A stretch of DNA of 64,000 bases from assembly GCF_028641065.1 (NCBI RefSeq), contig NC_073409.1:11346001-11410000 (forward strand), written 5' to 3'. This DNA comes from Leucoraja erinacea (taxonomy: Eukaryota). The notes under the pieces were generated by a model that did not search any database, had not been told where the DNA came from, and worked only from the letters and a program-made list of their open reading frames with translations. Every line of letters begins with the position of its first letter. Position 1 is the stretch's first letter. Below, in pieces: positions 23,527 to 35,799 of this stretch. A program made the position numbers and the translations under genes.

Positions 23527-25279
23527 CTTTGATGGTTAGACCTTTTGTAATATCTATAAATGACGGATGGAAATGTGGCGGGTCTGATTAGGACGTTTGC
23601 AGATTATAAAAAAAAATTGTTGGAGTCATTGTTGGAGTCATAGATCACAAATATTATCTAGAGATACAATGGGACATAGATCAACTGGAAAGTTTGGAGC
23701 AGTGGCAGATGTGGATAATAAGGGAAGAAGCTGCCAGATGGGTCGATGAAAGCACATTGAATTACAAGGTTTGAAAGGCATTTGGACAGGAAAGCAGTAG
23801 ATATCTTAATGCAGACAAATTAGACTAGCGTAGTTAGGCATTTATGGTCAGCACGGGCGAGTTGGGCCAAAAGGGGCTGTTTCTGTGCTGTCTGTGTCTA
23901 CGATATTATAATTCTATGTTCCATTGACACATTCAGTCACTGGTTCCAGGTCTTTTTTTTGTGGCACTGAGATATGAATGTCTTCCTTTGTTGTTTATTT
24001 TTTTTAATTTTTTTTATTTGCCATATGGAGGGAAAATGGTCTATTTACTAGGTCCTGATATTGGAAGAAGCCCGACCAAATTCAGCTTGCAATGATCCAT
24101 GTGCAAAAAGTGAGAGCAGTTGCGAACAATTTTGTAGAATGGCCCAAGGATGAGAGCATAAGAACCTAGGAGTAGGCTACGTCCTCTCAAGCCTGCCTCC
24201 CCATTCCATGTGCAAGTCAACCATAGTTCTCAATTCGCCAATCTTTCAACAACAAAAAAATACTTCCTCTTTAAATATCCCAGTGATCTGTTTTAGACAA
24301 CCATTCAGGTTAGAAAATGTCACCATCTTCAAAAGAGATCTGGCCAGTTCTAGTACAAAGAGAAAATAAGTGAGCCATCTGTAATATTGGACCTGATATT
24401 GAGTCTCATAGGCTGTAATGTGCCCAGGCACCTGATGAGCTGTTGTTGGGCTTCATTGAAACAGTACAAGATACTAAAATGAAATTTTTTAAATGTTCTC
24501 TAATTATTTTAAACTGACATCACAATATTCCATAATTTTGTCAGAGTAATAGAGAAAGGGTTTTCCAACCTGTGTGCTTTTTCTGCATTGTGGTCCAATT
24601 ATCTCATTTCTTCCCTCTTAGAAGATTGATTCATTTTTAGTTTGGGTTCATTTTTAGTAACTGACTATTTTCTCGGGTTTAGTATCAAAATTACAGGCGT
24701 CTCCTGAGTTGAAAGTTGTCTTTTAATTTTGCTTGAATGGTTTGAATGTTCTGAAACAGTGCAATAACGTACGATGGTGGGATTTGCAAAATTTGAAATA
24801 AAAAAAACACAAATTATTTGCTTCTTAACAAATTCATTTTGTATGTCATAGAAACATAGAAAATAGGTGCAGGAGTAGGCCCTTCAAGCCAGCACCACCA
24901 TTCAATATGATCATGGCTGATCATCCCGAATCAGAACCCCGTTCTTGCTTTCTCCCCATATCCCTTAATTCTGAAAGCCCTGAGAGCGATATCCAACTCT
25001 CTCTTGAATACATCCAGTGAATTGGCCTCCATTGCCTTCTGTGGCAGAGAATTCTACAGATTCACAATGTCTTATTGTAAGTCTCTGTTGCACATTCAGT
25101 TTTGCTCTGCTAGCTTTCAAAATGCAAAGCCAATTATTGCAGCTTTTGTGGGGAACGTTTCTGAAGTGCTTTTGTCCTGTCAGTGACACAGAAAAAGGGT
25201 TTTTGCAGATTGTTCCTTTGCCCTCATCATGATTGACTAACTGCTTTTTTATTTCTATCATTCTGTCTTTTGGAAGCAG

Positions 25280-25448
25280 GTTCACCTCGAGACACAATTA
25301 GTGCAGAAAAATTGTTTGCAATGCTGCAAGATGGAAACACTGAGGTGATCATTATGGATGCACGGAGCTCCAAGGATTACCAGGAATCTCACATACACAT
25401 GGCCAGGTCATGTTGTATAAGTGTGCCGGAGGAAGCTATCAATCCAGG
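25280..25448 (+). CDS. USP8: USP8 coding exon 6 (rhodanese domain)
   Basis: SPRDTISAEKLFAMLQDGNTEVIIMDARSSKDYQESH...SVPEEAINPG; donor GG|gtagg; the acceptor is a NAGNAG (aag cag). Confidence 0.9.
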
Positions 25449-25586
25449 GTAGGAAATTCAGTCCATTTGGAATTGATAGCAGATGCTATTTTAAAGATTG
25501 AGAAAGAAGTTGGACACTGCTTTCATGAAGATTTAAGTTTCTGTCTCACTGCCTCAAGTTAATATTTCTGGAATTCTTCCCTACAG

Positions 25587-25749
25587 AATCACTGTCAACC
25601 AGATAGAGTTGAGACTGCCAGAAGAATCAAAGGAGACATGGCGGAAGCGGCAGTTTGTTGATTACATTATTTTGTTGGATTGGTTAAGTTCCATCAACCA
25701 GTTGACAAGAGGAACTGTTCTTCAGAGTCTCAAAGATGCACTTTACAAG
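25587..25749 (+). CDS. USP8: USP8 coding exon 7 (rhodanese domain)
   Basis: ctacag|A ATC ACT ... TAC AAG|gtttgg; ITVNQIELRLPEESKETWRKRQFVDYIILLDW...SLKDALYK. Confidence 0.93.
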
Positions 25750-26068
25750 GTTTGGAAATTACTTACAACATGAACAGTGTGGAGTTGTCTTATGTTTATG
25801 ACTGTGTGCCATCATTCTTTGTGTATATCATTCTTTGCTGTATGATCAAAGAATGGCGCATCCAGATTGAATTATTTCCCTGAAATTCTCCACATAGTAT
25901 CAGCTCCATCTTGATACGCTAAATCCATTGTCAACAATTTGCAGTACACACCTGCACCACAATATCCCTTTGCATGAAGATGGGAATATGGGACAGCAAC
26001 AATATCTGTTGGTGATGGAAGGGTTGCGTGCGCTAGACTATTGAATGTTCCACTTTTATCTTATGCAG

Positions 26069-26213
26069 TGGGATAGCCAGGTAGTTCTTCGGAGTGAACC
26101 AATGGTATTGGAGGGTGGCTATGACAGTTGGCTTCGCTGCTACCCAATGTATACCACCAATCCCAAAGTGGCTGTTCCAAAGGAAGAATCCTCTACTGCT
26201 GTCCAAGTGTCCT
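26069..26213 (+). CDS. USP8: USP8 coding exon 8
   Basis: atgcag|TGG GAT AGC ... TCC T|gtaagt; [31 protein letters not shown]. Confidence 0.94.
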
Positions 26214-27182
26214 GTAAGTATTCTGTATCCTGAATAAATTATGGCTTTGAAAACATTTTTAACATGACTATATAACATCCTTCAATAGAGGGGTGAAAAT
26301 ATTTATAGTACGTTTCCTTGAAACAGTAAGTGGAGCATAAGCGGTCTAGTGCAATGTGTGTGGCGGTGATTGGTGAATTTTCTTAGGGAAGCAGGGACAG
26401 AGGGATCGCAAGAATATAATATTTACATTTCAGAAATGTATAACACGTTTTGGATTTGGTATCAGCCTGAGAATAAATTATAAATCTGTTGGCCTGATGT
26501 AGAATCACCAAGCTTTGTGGTGGAAGGGATAATATTCATCTGAAATCTCCTCCTCTGTTAGGATGACACAAAGAGGACCTGGCCAGTTCTTAACAGGCAT
26601 TCAGTGGGACTTTCAATGTCCACACTCTTTAAGCTACTAAGCGTTGGAAAATTTGAATGACATAAAGGTATTAAATACAGAGTGAATTTCCTCAGAGAAA
26701 ATGTGTGTTTGAAACTTGCTGTGGGCGATGGAAGGGAGAATAACAAGAATAGATTCCATGTGCGATCTTGTAATATTTCTGGGTGTGAAGTAGAGATAAT
26801 TTTGGTTATGTTCTCACTGTTACCCACCCCACCCTCCCCCGTTTCTCGTAATTACTTAATGGTAATAATGCCCAACAAAGAGCTACCAGCTTTGCTGTGG
26901 TACCTCACCAATGCACTGAAACTATGTCATTGCAGAAGATATTCCAGCCTATCCTTGTAAGGGAAAGTTACTGAATATTGAGTGGAAATGTGTGACTGAG
27001 TTTTGTGTCGCCTCCAACCTTAAGCCAATTATTACGTGGGTAACTAAGTCACATTTACTATAGCAACTGTGCTCACCCTATGAGCTTGATGGGAATGAAC
27101 GCTCTGTGGAATTTTAGTTTGTGCAACCGGATGCTAAATCAAAGCTTTGGAGCCAAATACTGTGTTCATTATTTTATAACAG

Positions 27183-27412
27183 TGAACTTTAGTTATCCAT
27201 CTTTGGAGGAACCACCACCTCTTCAACCACCTCCTGCAGACCATGATGAAGTGGAGGCTTTCCAAGAATTGGGAAGTTTTAATGGAAGCATCGCTGAGTT
27301 GGAAGGGATTACAAAAGAAGTCAGCATAGAACCAATTGCTAACGGAGTTCCTGGTCCGAAAGTTTCAGTATCAACTGGTGTGCTGCCTGTTGCAGTGAAA
27401 ACCATTCCACAG
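27183..27412 (+). CDS. USP8: USP8 coding exon 9
   Basis: aacag|TG AAC TTT AGT TAT CCA ... CCA CAG|gtatgt; (L)NFSYPSLEEP...KTIPQ. Confidence 0.92.
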
Positions 27413-28564
27413 GTATGTGTGCTATACTACTGAGAATGCAGTGTCCTCTAAAATTCTAGCTTCCATGGTTCTGACCCATATTTCATTCTTACTGTATCAA
27501 AAGGGGATTCAAAAGTAAAACGAAAACAAACCTTCTGCCCAGAGTTAATTGCTGTGAAGTCTTATTTAATTTTTCTTCTTGTCTTTAAGGCTGGTGTGAA
27601 TAAAACTAGGATTTTGTAATGTGAGATATTTCTGGAACTTTGAAGTGGGTTAATCATTGGGTTGATGGCAAGGATAAGCTGGGGGTACAGAATCTGTATA
27701 TTTTACACCTTTCCATTAGTGCAGCGTGTCCTTTGGGCAAGTCCTATGGCATCGCATTTTAAATCTCTTTGTATTTCTTTGTTTATATTCTTACTCAGAG
27801 CTTTTGTTTTACTTTTTCTCTCTCTAATCTACTGATTGTACATCTTCTACAATTTACCCAATGGATCCATTACAGCATCATGCCTCCCCCACACATTCTG
27901 TGTAACTTATTTCCTTCTTGTTATAAGATCTGGCTTCTTGGCAGCCAGATATGTCCATGCCAATATGTTACCTCATGGTTCTTTTTTTTAATTCCGTGAC
28001 CTTTGTGATACCTAATCGAGTCTTCAGTAATCATCAGCAAGCAACTATTTCTATTGGATATCAAATAGCTTAAATTATAGCTTCGGCTTTGGGAGCTCAA
28101 TGCTGCATTGTGACATTGTGAATTCACAAAATATGAATTTAATTGATCTGCCATTTCTTAATTCTACATTATTGAAATGGAAATTGGCCTTATGTAACAA
28201 TAAAATTAGCTTTTTTTCATATTTTAAAGTCCTACTTCCTAAAAATCCCATGGTTTGTGCTTTCCCCAATCTAGTCAACTTATGTTCTTCTGCATGTATG
28301 TGCGCATCTGCAGCCAACATTCACCAAGTAGATAAACAGTCATGGACCATTGCTAGTTATGTTCCCATTTTTTAATAATGATCCAGTTATTCGAGTCTGT
28401 TTTGCATTGATTTGGCATCTTGAGATTGAAAATGTGCAATGAATTCCAGGTGTATTGTCTCTGATTGGCGCCTTGATTGTGAATTCTAGATTGTAAAAGT
28501 GCTTCTTACAGTGAATATCTTTTAAGATTCACAAGTACAATTGTATTTTTATGTATTTGAACAG

Positions 28565-29122
28565 ATTGATCGAACTAAGAAACCTGCACTAAAAATGCCA
28601 GAGAGGTCTCATCCCAAATCTGACATTGCTGGTACAGAGAGCCTGCCAGTTCACAACGGACCAGTGATACCAGATCGGTCAACAAAGCCATTTGTGGAAC
28701 CACAAAACCCTTTAACAGATGAAGAAATAAGTCAGATCCATGCTGAAGCAGCGCAGATTAAGGAGAAGGCCAGAAAGGAAAAAGAACAGCGTGGACGCAG
28801 ACAGGAAGAGCAAAGAAAAAAGGAGCAATCGGAGAGAGATAAGGAAAAAGAGCAGCAAGAGGAAGAAGAAAAAGAGCTCAAACTAAAAGCAGAGCTTGAC
28901 AAACAGAGCAAAGAAACCGAAGAGCATAGAAGACAGGAACAGGAAGACAAGGGGCTGAAAGAGGAAGATGAAAGGAAACTATTAGCAGAGCAAGTCAAGA
29001 AGTCTCTGGAAGAAAAGGGTAAAACTGAAGGTCAGAAAAAAGAGCAAGCGGATATGAGGAAAGAAGCGGAAGAGCAATCTGTACCTGAGCCAGAGGCCAG
29101 CAGCTCCAGTAGAGAAAAGCAG
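28565..29122 (+). CDS. USP8: USP8 coding exon 10 (SH3-binding motifs and charged coiled coil)
   Basis: aacag|ATT GAT CGA ACT AAG ... AAG CAG|gtact; IDRTKKP ... PVIPDRSTKP ... E/K/Q-rich. Confidence 0.92.
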
Positions 29123-29784
29123 GTACTTCAAAATATAAAAAGCTTATAAACAGCTTTAATAAAATGTACTAGCAGGGACAAACTTGATGGCTTGGTATTA
29201 TATTTTCAAAGAGATTTTAAATTTGTTGCAGCAGTGGTCCTAAAAATGAATATATTCTGGCTAAATGTATCTGCATTGGTAAATTCTGGATTCCTTTTTA
29301 TTAATCATAATTATATTATTAACCAAGTATGTTTTGCTAAAGAAGAATTTGATCTGCCATAGTCATACCAATAAAAAGTAACAAGACACACAAAATACAT
29401 TTTAACATAAACACCCACCACAGTGACTCCTCCACATTCCTCACAGTGATGGAAGGCGGAAAAAAATGTCAATCTCTTCCCTTCTTTGTCCTCCCACCGT
29501 TGGGGGCTCCCGTAGCCGGCGATCAGACCCTCCTCGTCGGGGTGATCAAGCTCCCACATCGGGGGGATCTCTGCTCCCCCGCGTCGGGCGATTGGATCCC
29601 GGGTCGGAGCTAGTCGAACCTCTTACGACTTTGGAGTCTAGTTTGACATCTAAAACCTAATATTCCTTCAGCAGCCACAGAGCAGCACTTTGGCATATCA
29701 TTGCCTGCAAGTAATAAATGTTCCTGTACTTTTCTTTTAAGAATATGTATTTCCTTTTAAAACAAAGAAAAATATTATATTATA

Positions 29785-30090
29785 AGGGGTCACAGTTTAA
29801 GGATAAGGGGGAAATCTTTTAGGACCGAGATGAGGAAATAATTTTTCACACAGAGAGTGGTGAATCTCTGGAATTCTCTGCCGCAGAAGGTAGTTGAGGC
29901 CAGTTCATTGGCTATCTTTAAGAGGGAGTTAAATGTGGCCCTTGTGGCTAAAGGGATCAGGGGGTATGGAGAGAAGGCAGGTACAGGATACTGAGTTGGA
30001 TGATCAGCCATGATCATATTGAATGGCGGTGCAGGCTTGAAGGGCCGAATGGGCTACTCCTGCCCCTATTTTCTACGTATGTTTCTATGT
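29785..30090 (+). mobile_element. CR1/HER1 LINE 3' end
   Basis: ggggtcacagtttaaggataaggggg...gaagggccgaatgg...tatgtttctatgt tail. Confidence 0.8.
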
Positions 30091-30505
30091 TCTGGCTCTT
30101 CTCCCTAGAGAAAGAGGATTAAACGAAAACAAGTTTTCAAATGAGAATTTATTTTGAAGTAAAACTGTTCTGTCTGTTTCACTGACAATTAATCAAAATT
30201 CAGACAAGATTTTTTTAATTGTTATTGGTACCTGGAAAGTTCTTCATGAAGGAAAAAAAGTCACTGCACTTATAATTTCAGAGTTTTTGATGAAATATTT
30301 TGGTTTCTAACCAAGTGTGAAAGTGTGACTGGGCATTCGTGGTCAACGAGCCTACAAGGGCATGACTGACTGAAACTCCCTCTGTGCTGCATTGTGATTC
30401 TGAGACTGCAGTTTTAAGCAAATATATTAATAATGGTTTATAAGAAAATTAATCATGCACGATGTTTGAGAATATTTTCCTTTAAAATGTTTATTTAAAA
30501 TGTAG

Positions 30506-30586
30506 GAACCTCGAGATATGTTAACCAGAGCAAGAAGTGAAGAAATGGGTCGGACTGTTCCAGGCCTGCCACCAGGATGGATGAAG
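30506..30586 (+). CDS. USP8: USP8 coding exon 11
   Basis: tgtag|GAA CCT ... ATG AAG|gtacag; EPRDMLTRARSEEMGRTVPGLPPGWMK. Confidence 0.92.
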
Positions 30587-31189
30587 GTACAGTGGGCATG
30601 TTTTGACTTATTAGAAGTGTAAATAATCAGGTGCATATTCTCCCATATTTTTTATTTGTTTTTTTGTCTAAATACGTGAAAAAAAATCTATAATTTAAGA
30701 AAACAAGTGCTTTATACATGGTCCCATCTTTTGTCTCTTAGTGCCTGCTGAATTTCTCCAGTACATGCATATCATAAAACAGTGTCATGCTAGGTTCAGC
30801 AAGACACTGACATTTTATTTTCCCAATACACTTGTGACTGTAGCACAGTAAAGATGGGCCTTTTAAACCTGCTTGTTGGGCTTGCATGACTTTCACTTGA
30901 AACATTGGGAGCCAGATTTAATTGTGTGGAGGTTGGTTTTGGAATCAAGAAACTGACTATCCAAGTTCTGCTTGTAAATTCTGCATACATACATTCTTAA
31001 GTGAGGGTAGTGATTTCTGTCGGCGAATATCGAGGCATTTTATTACGGTTTTCATAATCCTGCGTGATCTTCTTTATTTTCCATTCTAAAAGATTTGGCT
31101 TTCCGATTCCTCCTTTGATACTTTGATTAGGATAAAGCAAATCTCACTATCTTGAGTATAATTTTCACTTTGACTCTCTTCCTTATTAG

Positions 31190-31452
31190 TTTCTTGATGT
31201 GGTGACTGGAACCTACCGATACTATCATTCACCGACCAATGCTGTTCACATGTACCCACCTGAGATGGTGCCATCGATCACACCACCTACAACCCCTCCA
31301 ACTCATAAAGCCAAACCACAAAGTGCAACAGATGCTGATGTCCCCAAACTGAAACGCTCCTACTCCTCGCCGGATATTGCTCAAGCAATTCACGATGAGC
31401 AAAGGAAGGTGATAACAATCAAACCGGTGCCCACAATCAATCGGGAAACAAA
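31190..31452 (+). CDS. USP8: USP8 coding exon 12 (WW-like segment; 14-3-3 motif RSYSSP at 31355-31372)
   Basis: attag|TTT CTT GAT ... ACA AA|gtagg; FLDVVTGTYRYYHSPT...KLKRSYSSPDI. Confidence 0.95.
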
Positions 31453-31644
31453 GTAGGTTTTTTTAAATCTTCAAGCGTTTTTGTGTGTGTTTATGTATTG
31501 ACATTGCTTTTTATATTATACTTTGTAATCTCCTTTGGGTTTGTTCCTACTCCTTTGTCATGGACACACTGGACTTAACTAGTGAATCCATACTCGGCCA
31601 ATATAATCATTTCCCTATTCCCCTTTTGAATCTTGTACCCCCTT

Positions 31645-31678
<34 letters not shown>

Positions 31679-31897
31679 ACTGCAAATCATCTGGCATAGC
31701 TCTGGCTTAACGGCCACGAGATTATGGTGTACTTGATAATGCTGTGTCTGTTGTAATTGTCTTAATTGCAGTGTTGTAGTGTCATAATCAGCTAAACCAC
31801 GAACATTCTCTTCAATAACCAATTATAAAAGCTTCACTTACAGTGGTTTGTGTTTTAGACAGTAAGAGGTGTTCCACTGTTCTGAGTCCGAAAATAA

Positions 31898-32134
<237 letters not shown>

Positions 32135-33109
32135 TAAAAGTTTTCACTTATAAACAAGTTTAAGTGCAACAGTCTAGAACTTAGATCAAGCAAGGAACAT
32201 AAGAAACGTGGGGTGCAGTTAGGAGGGAAATCAGGAGAAAATCTAGGGTTCCCTTTACTTGCCAACCTTGCCCCATCACCCCACCAGGAACGTGCTGTCC
32301 CTGAACTCTCGCTATCTCACTTTTTAAAAAGTACCCATTTGCCAGTCGGCCCTTTACTTGCTTGATCAACCTCTGCGAGTTCCTATGCATTGCCTCAAAT
32401 TGCTCTTTAGGTTTAGAATCTGAACTTGTAAATTTGTAGACTGGTTCTATCTTTCTCCACAACTATTTAAAAACTAATAGTTATGGTCACTGGTCCCAAA
32501 TTACCCCCAAATTGACATTGTAATCACTTGACCTCCCTCCTTCCCAAAAGGTCCAATGTTGCCCCCTCTGTAGTAGGGTTCTCAGTATTGATTAAGGAAG
32601 ACATTTAACAAATTCCACCTTGTCTTTTGCAAGTGGGTAACCCTGTCAATATTAGGAAATTTACAATCTCCCACTGATAATATCCTATTGTTCATACAAC
32701 TATCTGTGATCTCCTTACATCTGATCCATTAATTCCCACAAATGATTGGGAGCGGCAGCTACAATACAGTCCCATTCAAAGCGACGACCCCCTTTTTGGT
32801 TTCAAGTTATATCTCACTGGATGATCCCCCAAAAATATATTTGTGCAACATGGTCAAGAACACAGAAATATACAATCCGCTTGCAGTACTGAAGGCACCA
32901 TCGCTTCACAAAAGCAGAGTATCTTTGAGTTCCTGAGCTTGAAGCCGTTTCACCGAGAACACAACACATATTTGAAGTGGAAATCTCTTCCTGCTCGTTG
33001 GAACTAGGCCAAATTTTAAAGACAACTTGCCCTCGCAGCAAGTGAAGAAATGCCAACAATTGATAGCTCAATATGTATTGTTAATAATGTTAATCTACTT
33101 TTCTTGTAG

Positions 33110-33320
33110 GTCAAACATTCTTGGTCATAAAGGTGAGGTTGCTGAAGAGTTTGGTATAATAATGAAGACTTTGTGGTCAGGACAATACAAATGCATCAGT
33201 CCAAGAGACTTCCGGGGGCGCATTGGAAAAATAAATGAAACGTTTGGAGAGTATGCGCAGCAGGATTCCCAGGAACTACTCCTTTTTCTCATGGATGGGC
33301 TTCACGAAGATCTAAATGAA
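33110..33320 (+). CDS. USP8: USP8 coding exon 14 (QQD box)
   Basis: ttgtag|G TCA AAC ... AAT GAA|gtaag; GHKGEVAEEFG...QQDSQELLLFLMDGLHEDLN. Confidence 0.96.
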
Positions 33321-33432
33321 GTAAGAAGTGATTGCATGCTGTGTGTGCAGAACAAAGACAAATTATTTGCAGAGATTTGTTTCAGGGAATGAAGATAGAT
33401 ATCTGTGAGACAGTTTGGAGAATATGTAGGTA

Positions 33433-35047
33433 CAGTGCCCTTCATAATGTTTGGGACAAAGACCCATCATTTATTTATTTGCTTCTGTACTCCACAATTT
33501 GAGATTTGTAATAGCAAAAAAAATCACATGTGGTTAAAGTGCACATTGTCAGATTTTGATAAAGGTCATTTTTATACATTTTCGTTTCACCAGGAAAAAA
33601 TTACAGCAGTGTTTATACATAATCCCCCCATTTCAGGGCACCATAATGTTTGGAACACAGCAGTGTCATGTAAATTGAAGTAGTCATGTTTAGTATTTTG
33701 TTGCGTATCCTTTGCATGCAATGACTGCTTGAAGTCTGCGATTCATGGACATCACCAGTTGCTGGTGATGCTCTCTGGTGATGCTCTGCCAGGCCTGTAT
33801 TGCAGCCATCTTTAGCTTATGCTTGTTTTGGGGGCTAGTCCCTTTCATTTTTCTCTTCAGCATATAAAAGGCATGCTCAATTGGGTTCAGATCGGGCGAT
33901 TGACTTGGCCACTCAAGAATTTACCATTTTTTAGCTTTGAAAAACTCCTTTCTTGCTTTAGCAGTATGTTTGGGATCATTGTCTTGTTATAGAATGAACC
34001 GCTGGCCAATGAGTTTTGAGGCATTTTTGAACTTGAGCAGATAGGATGTGTCTATACACTTCAGAATTCATTATGCTACTACCATCAGCAGTTGTATCAT
34101 CAATGAAGATAAGTACCTTCAGCAGCCATACATGCCCATAACACCCCCACCGCCGTGTTTCACAGATGAGGTGGTATGCTTTGGATCTTGGGCAGTTCCT
34201 TCTCTCCTCCATACTTTGCTCTTGCCATCACTCTGATACAAGTTCATCTTCGTCTCATCTGTCCACAAGACCTTTTTCCAGAACTGTGGTTGCTCTTTTA
34301 AGTACTTCTTGGCAAACTGTAACCTGGCCATTCTATTTTTGCGGCTAACCAGTGGTTTGCATCTTGCAGTGTAGCCTCTGTATTTCTGTTCATGAAGGCC
34401 TCTGCAGACGGTGGTCATTGACAAAGCCACACCTGAAGAGTGTTTCTGATCTGTCGGACAGGTGTTTGCCGATTTTTCTTTATTATAGAGAGGATTCTTC
34501 GGCCTTCAGCTGTGGAGGTCTTCATTGTCCTGTGCCAAGGAAGTAAGCTCACCAGTGCTCTCTTTCTTCTTAATGATGTTACAAACAGTTGATTTTGGTA
34601 AGCCTAAGATTTGGCTGATGTCTCTAACAGTTTTATTCTTGTTTCTCAGTCTCATAATGGCTTCTTTGACTTTCATTGGCACAACCTTGTGTGTCCTCAT
34701 GTTGATAAACAGCAATAAAAGTTTCCAAAGGTGATGGAAAGACTAGGTGCTGAGAGCTCCCTTACACCTGTATTAAGGAGGCAATTGAACACACCTGAGC
34801 AATTACAAACACCTGTGAAGCCATGTGTACCGAACATTATGGTGCCCTGAAATGGGGGACTATGTATAAACACAGCTGTAATTTCTATATGGTGAAACCA
34901 AAATGTATAAAAATACCCTTTGATAAAATCTGACAATGTGCACTTTAACCACATGTGATTTTTTTCCATTACAAATCTCAAATTATGGAATACAGAGGCA
35001 AATAAATAAATGATGGGTCTTTGTACCAAACATTATGGAGGGCTCTG
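33433..35047 (-). mobile_element. full-length degenerate Tc1/mariner transposon (IR/DR type), 1615 bp, TA TSD
   Basis: TA|CAGTGCCCTTCATAATGTTTGG ... CCAAACATTATGGAGGGCTCTG|TA; TIRs about 225 bp with an internal direct repeat; minus-strand transposase pieces RDISQILGLPKSTVCNIIKK, ARCKPLVS, WKKVLWTDETK, SVKHGGGGVM with frameshifts. Confidence 0.92.
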
Positions 35048-35239
35048 TACAGGCAGATGAGTGATTTATTATGGCATTATGTTCGGCACAGTATTTGTGG
35101 GCCCTAGTGCTTGTTTTTGTGCTGTTCTATGTAATTGGGGAAAGTCCCATTGTACGGGCTGCCCACTGTTTTTTTCACAGGCATCATAAACCATAGTAAG
35201 CATGGCAGCTAACTTTCCTCTCTTTTAATCTTCCTTTAG

Positions 35240-35473
35240 GCTGAAAAGAAACGGTACAAAGAGGATAATAACGACAACTTGGATGATACAAGAGCAGCTG
35301 ATCTGGCCTGGACGAAGCACAAATGTCTCAACAAATCCATAATAGTTACCTTGTTCCAAGGCCAGTTTAAATCAACAGTACAGTGTCTGACTTGTCATAA
35401 GAGGTCACGAACGTTTGAGGCCTTCATGTATCTATCTCTGCCACTTCCTTCTTCCAGCAAGTGTTCTCTGCAG
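35240..35473 (+). CDS. USP8: USP8 coding exon 15
   Basis: ctttag|GCT GAA ... CTG CAG|gtaat; SIIVTLFQGQFKSTVQCLTCHKRSRTFEAFMYLSLPL. Confidence 0.95.
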
Positions 35474-35799
35474 GTAATGTAATTAACTTACCTAAGTTTT
35501 GTAGGTAACGGCCATTTGTAGTTTGTAAACTTGTTTTATTCAGGATGGGGCCCATGATTGGTGGAGCAAGAGAGCAATGAGTACAAATTTCTGCTCCTGG
35601 TTTGCTGCTTGAGGATTTCTGATGAAAAGCAGCCATGCGTAGGTTCATTGGTGGTGCCTCCTTCAACTGAGTTGTCTGCCATTACTCTTTTTTTTTTGGA
35701 TATAGATAAAGGCGAGACATTTTGTCAAACGTTCCATTGAAGCAATGGGTGTGGGACTGCACCTTGAGGACACATTTAATGCACAGTGTATATTTCTAG

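Noticed and set aside
28732-28998. Ser/Leu/Phe-rich antisense ORF
   Set aside because: Mirror of the purine-rich USP8 coiled-coil exon.
31645-31680. Long poly-C run (also poly-G at about 22950-22988)
   Set aside because: Simple homopolymers with unreliable length; no evidence of function.
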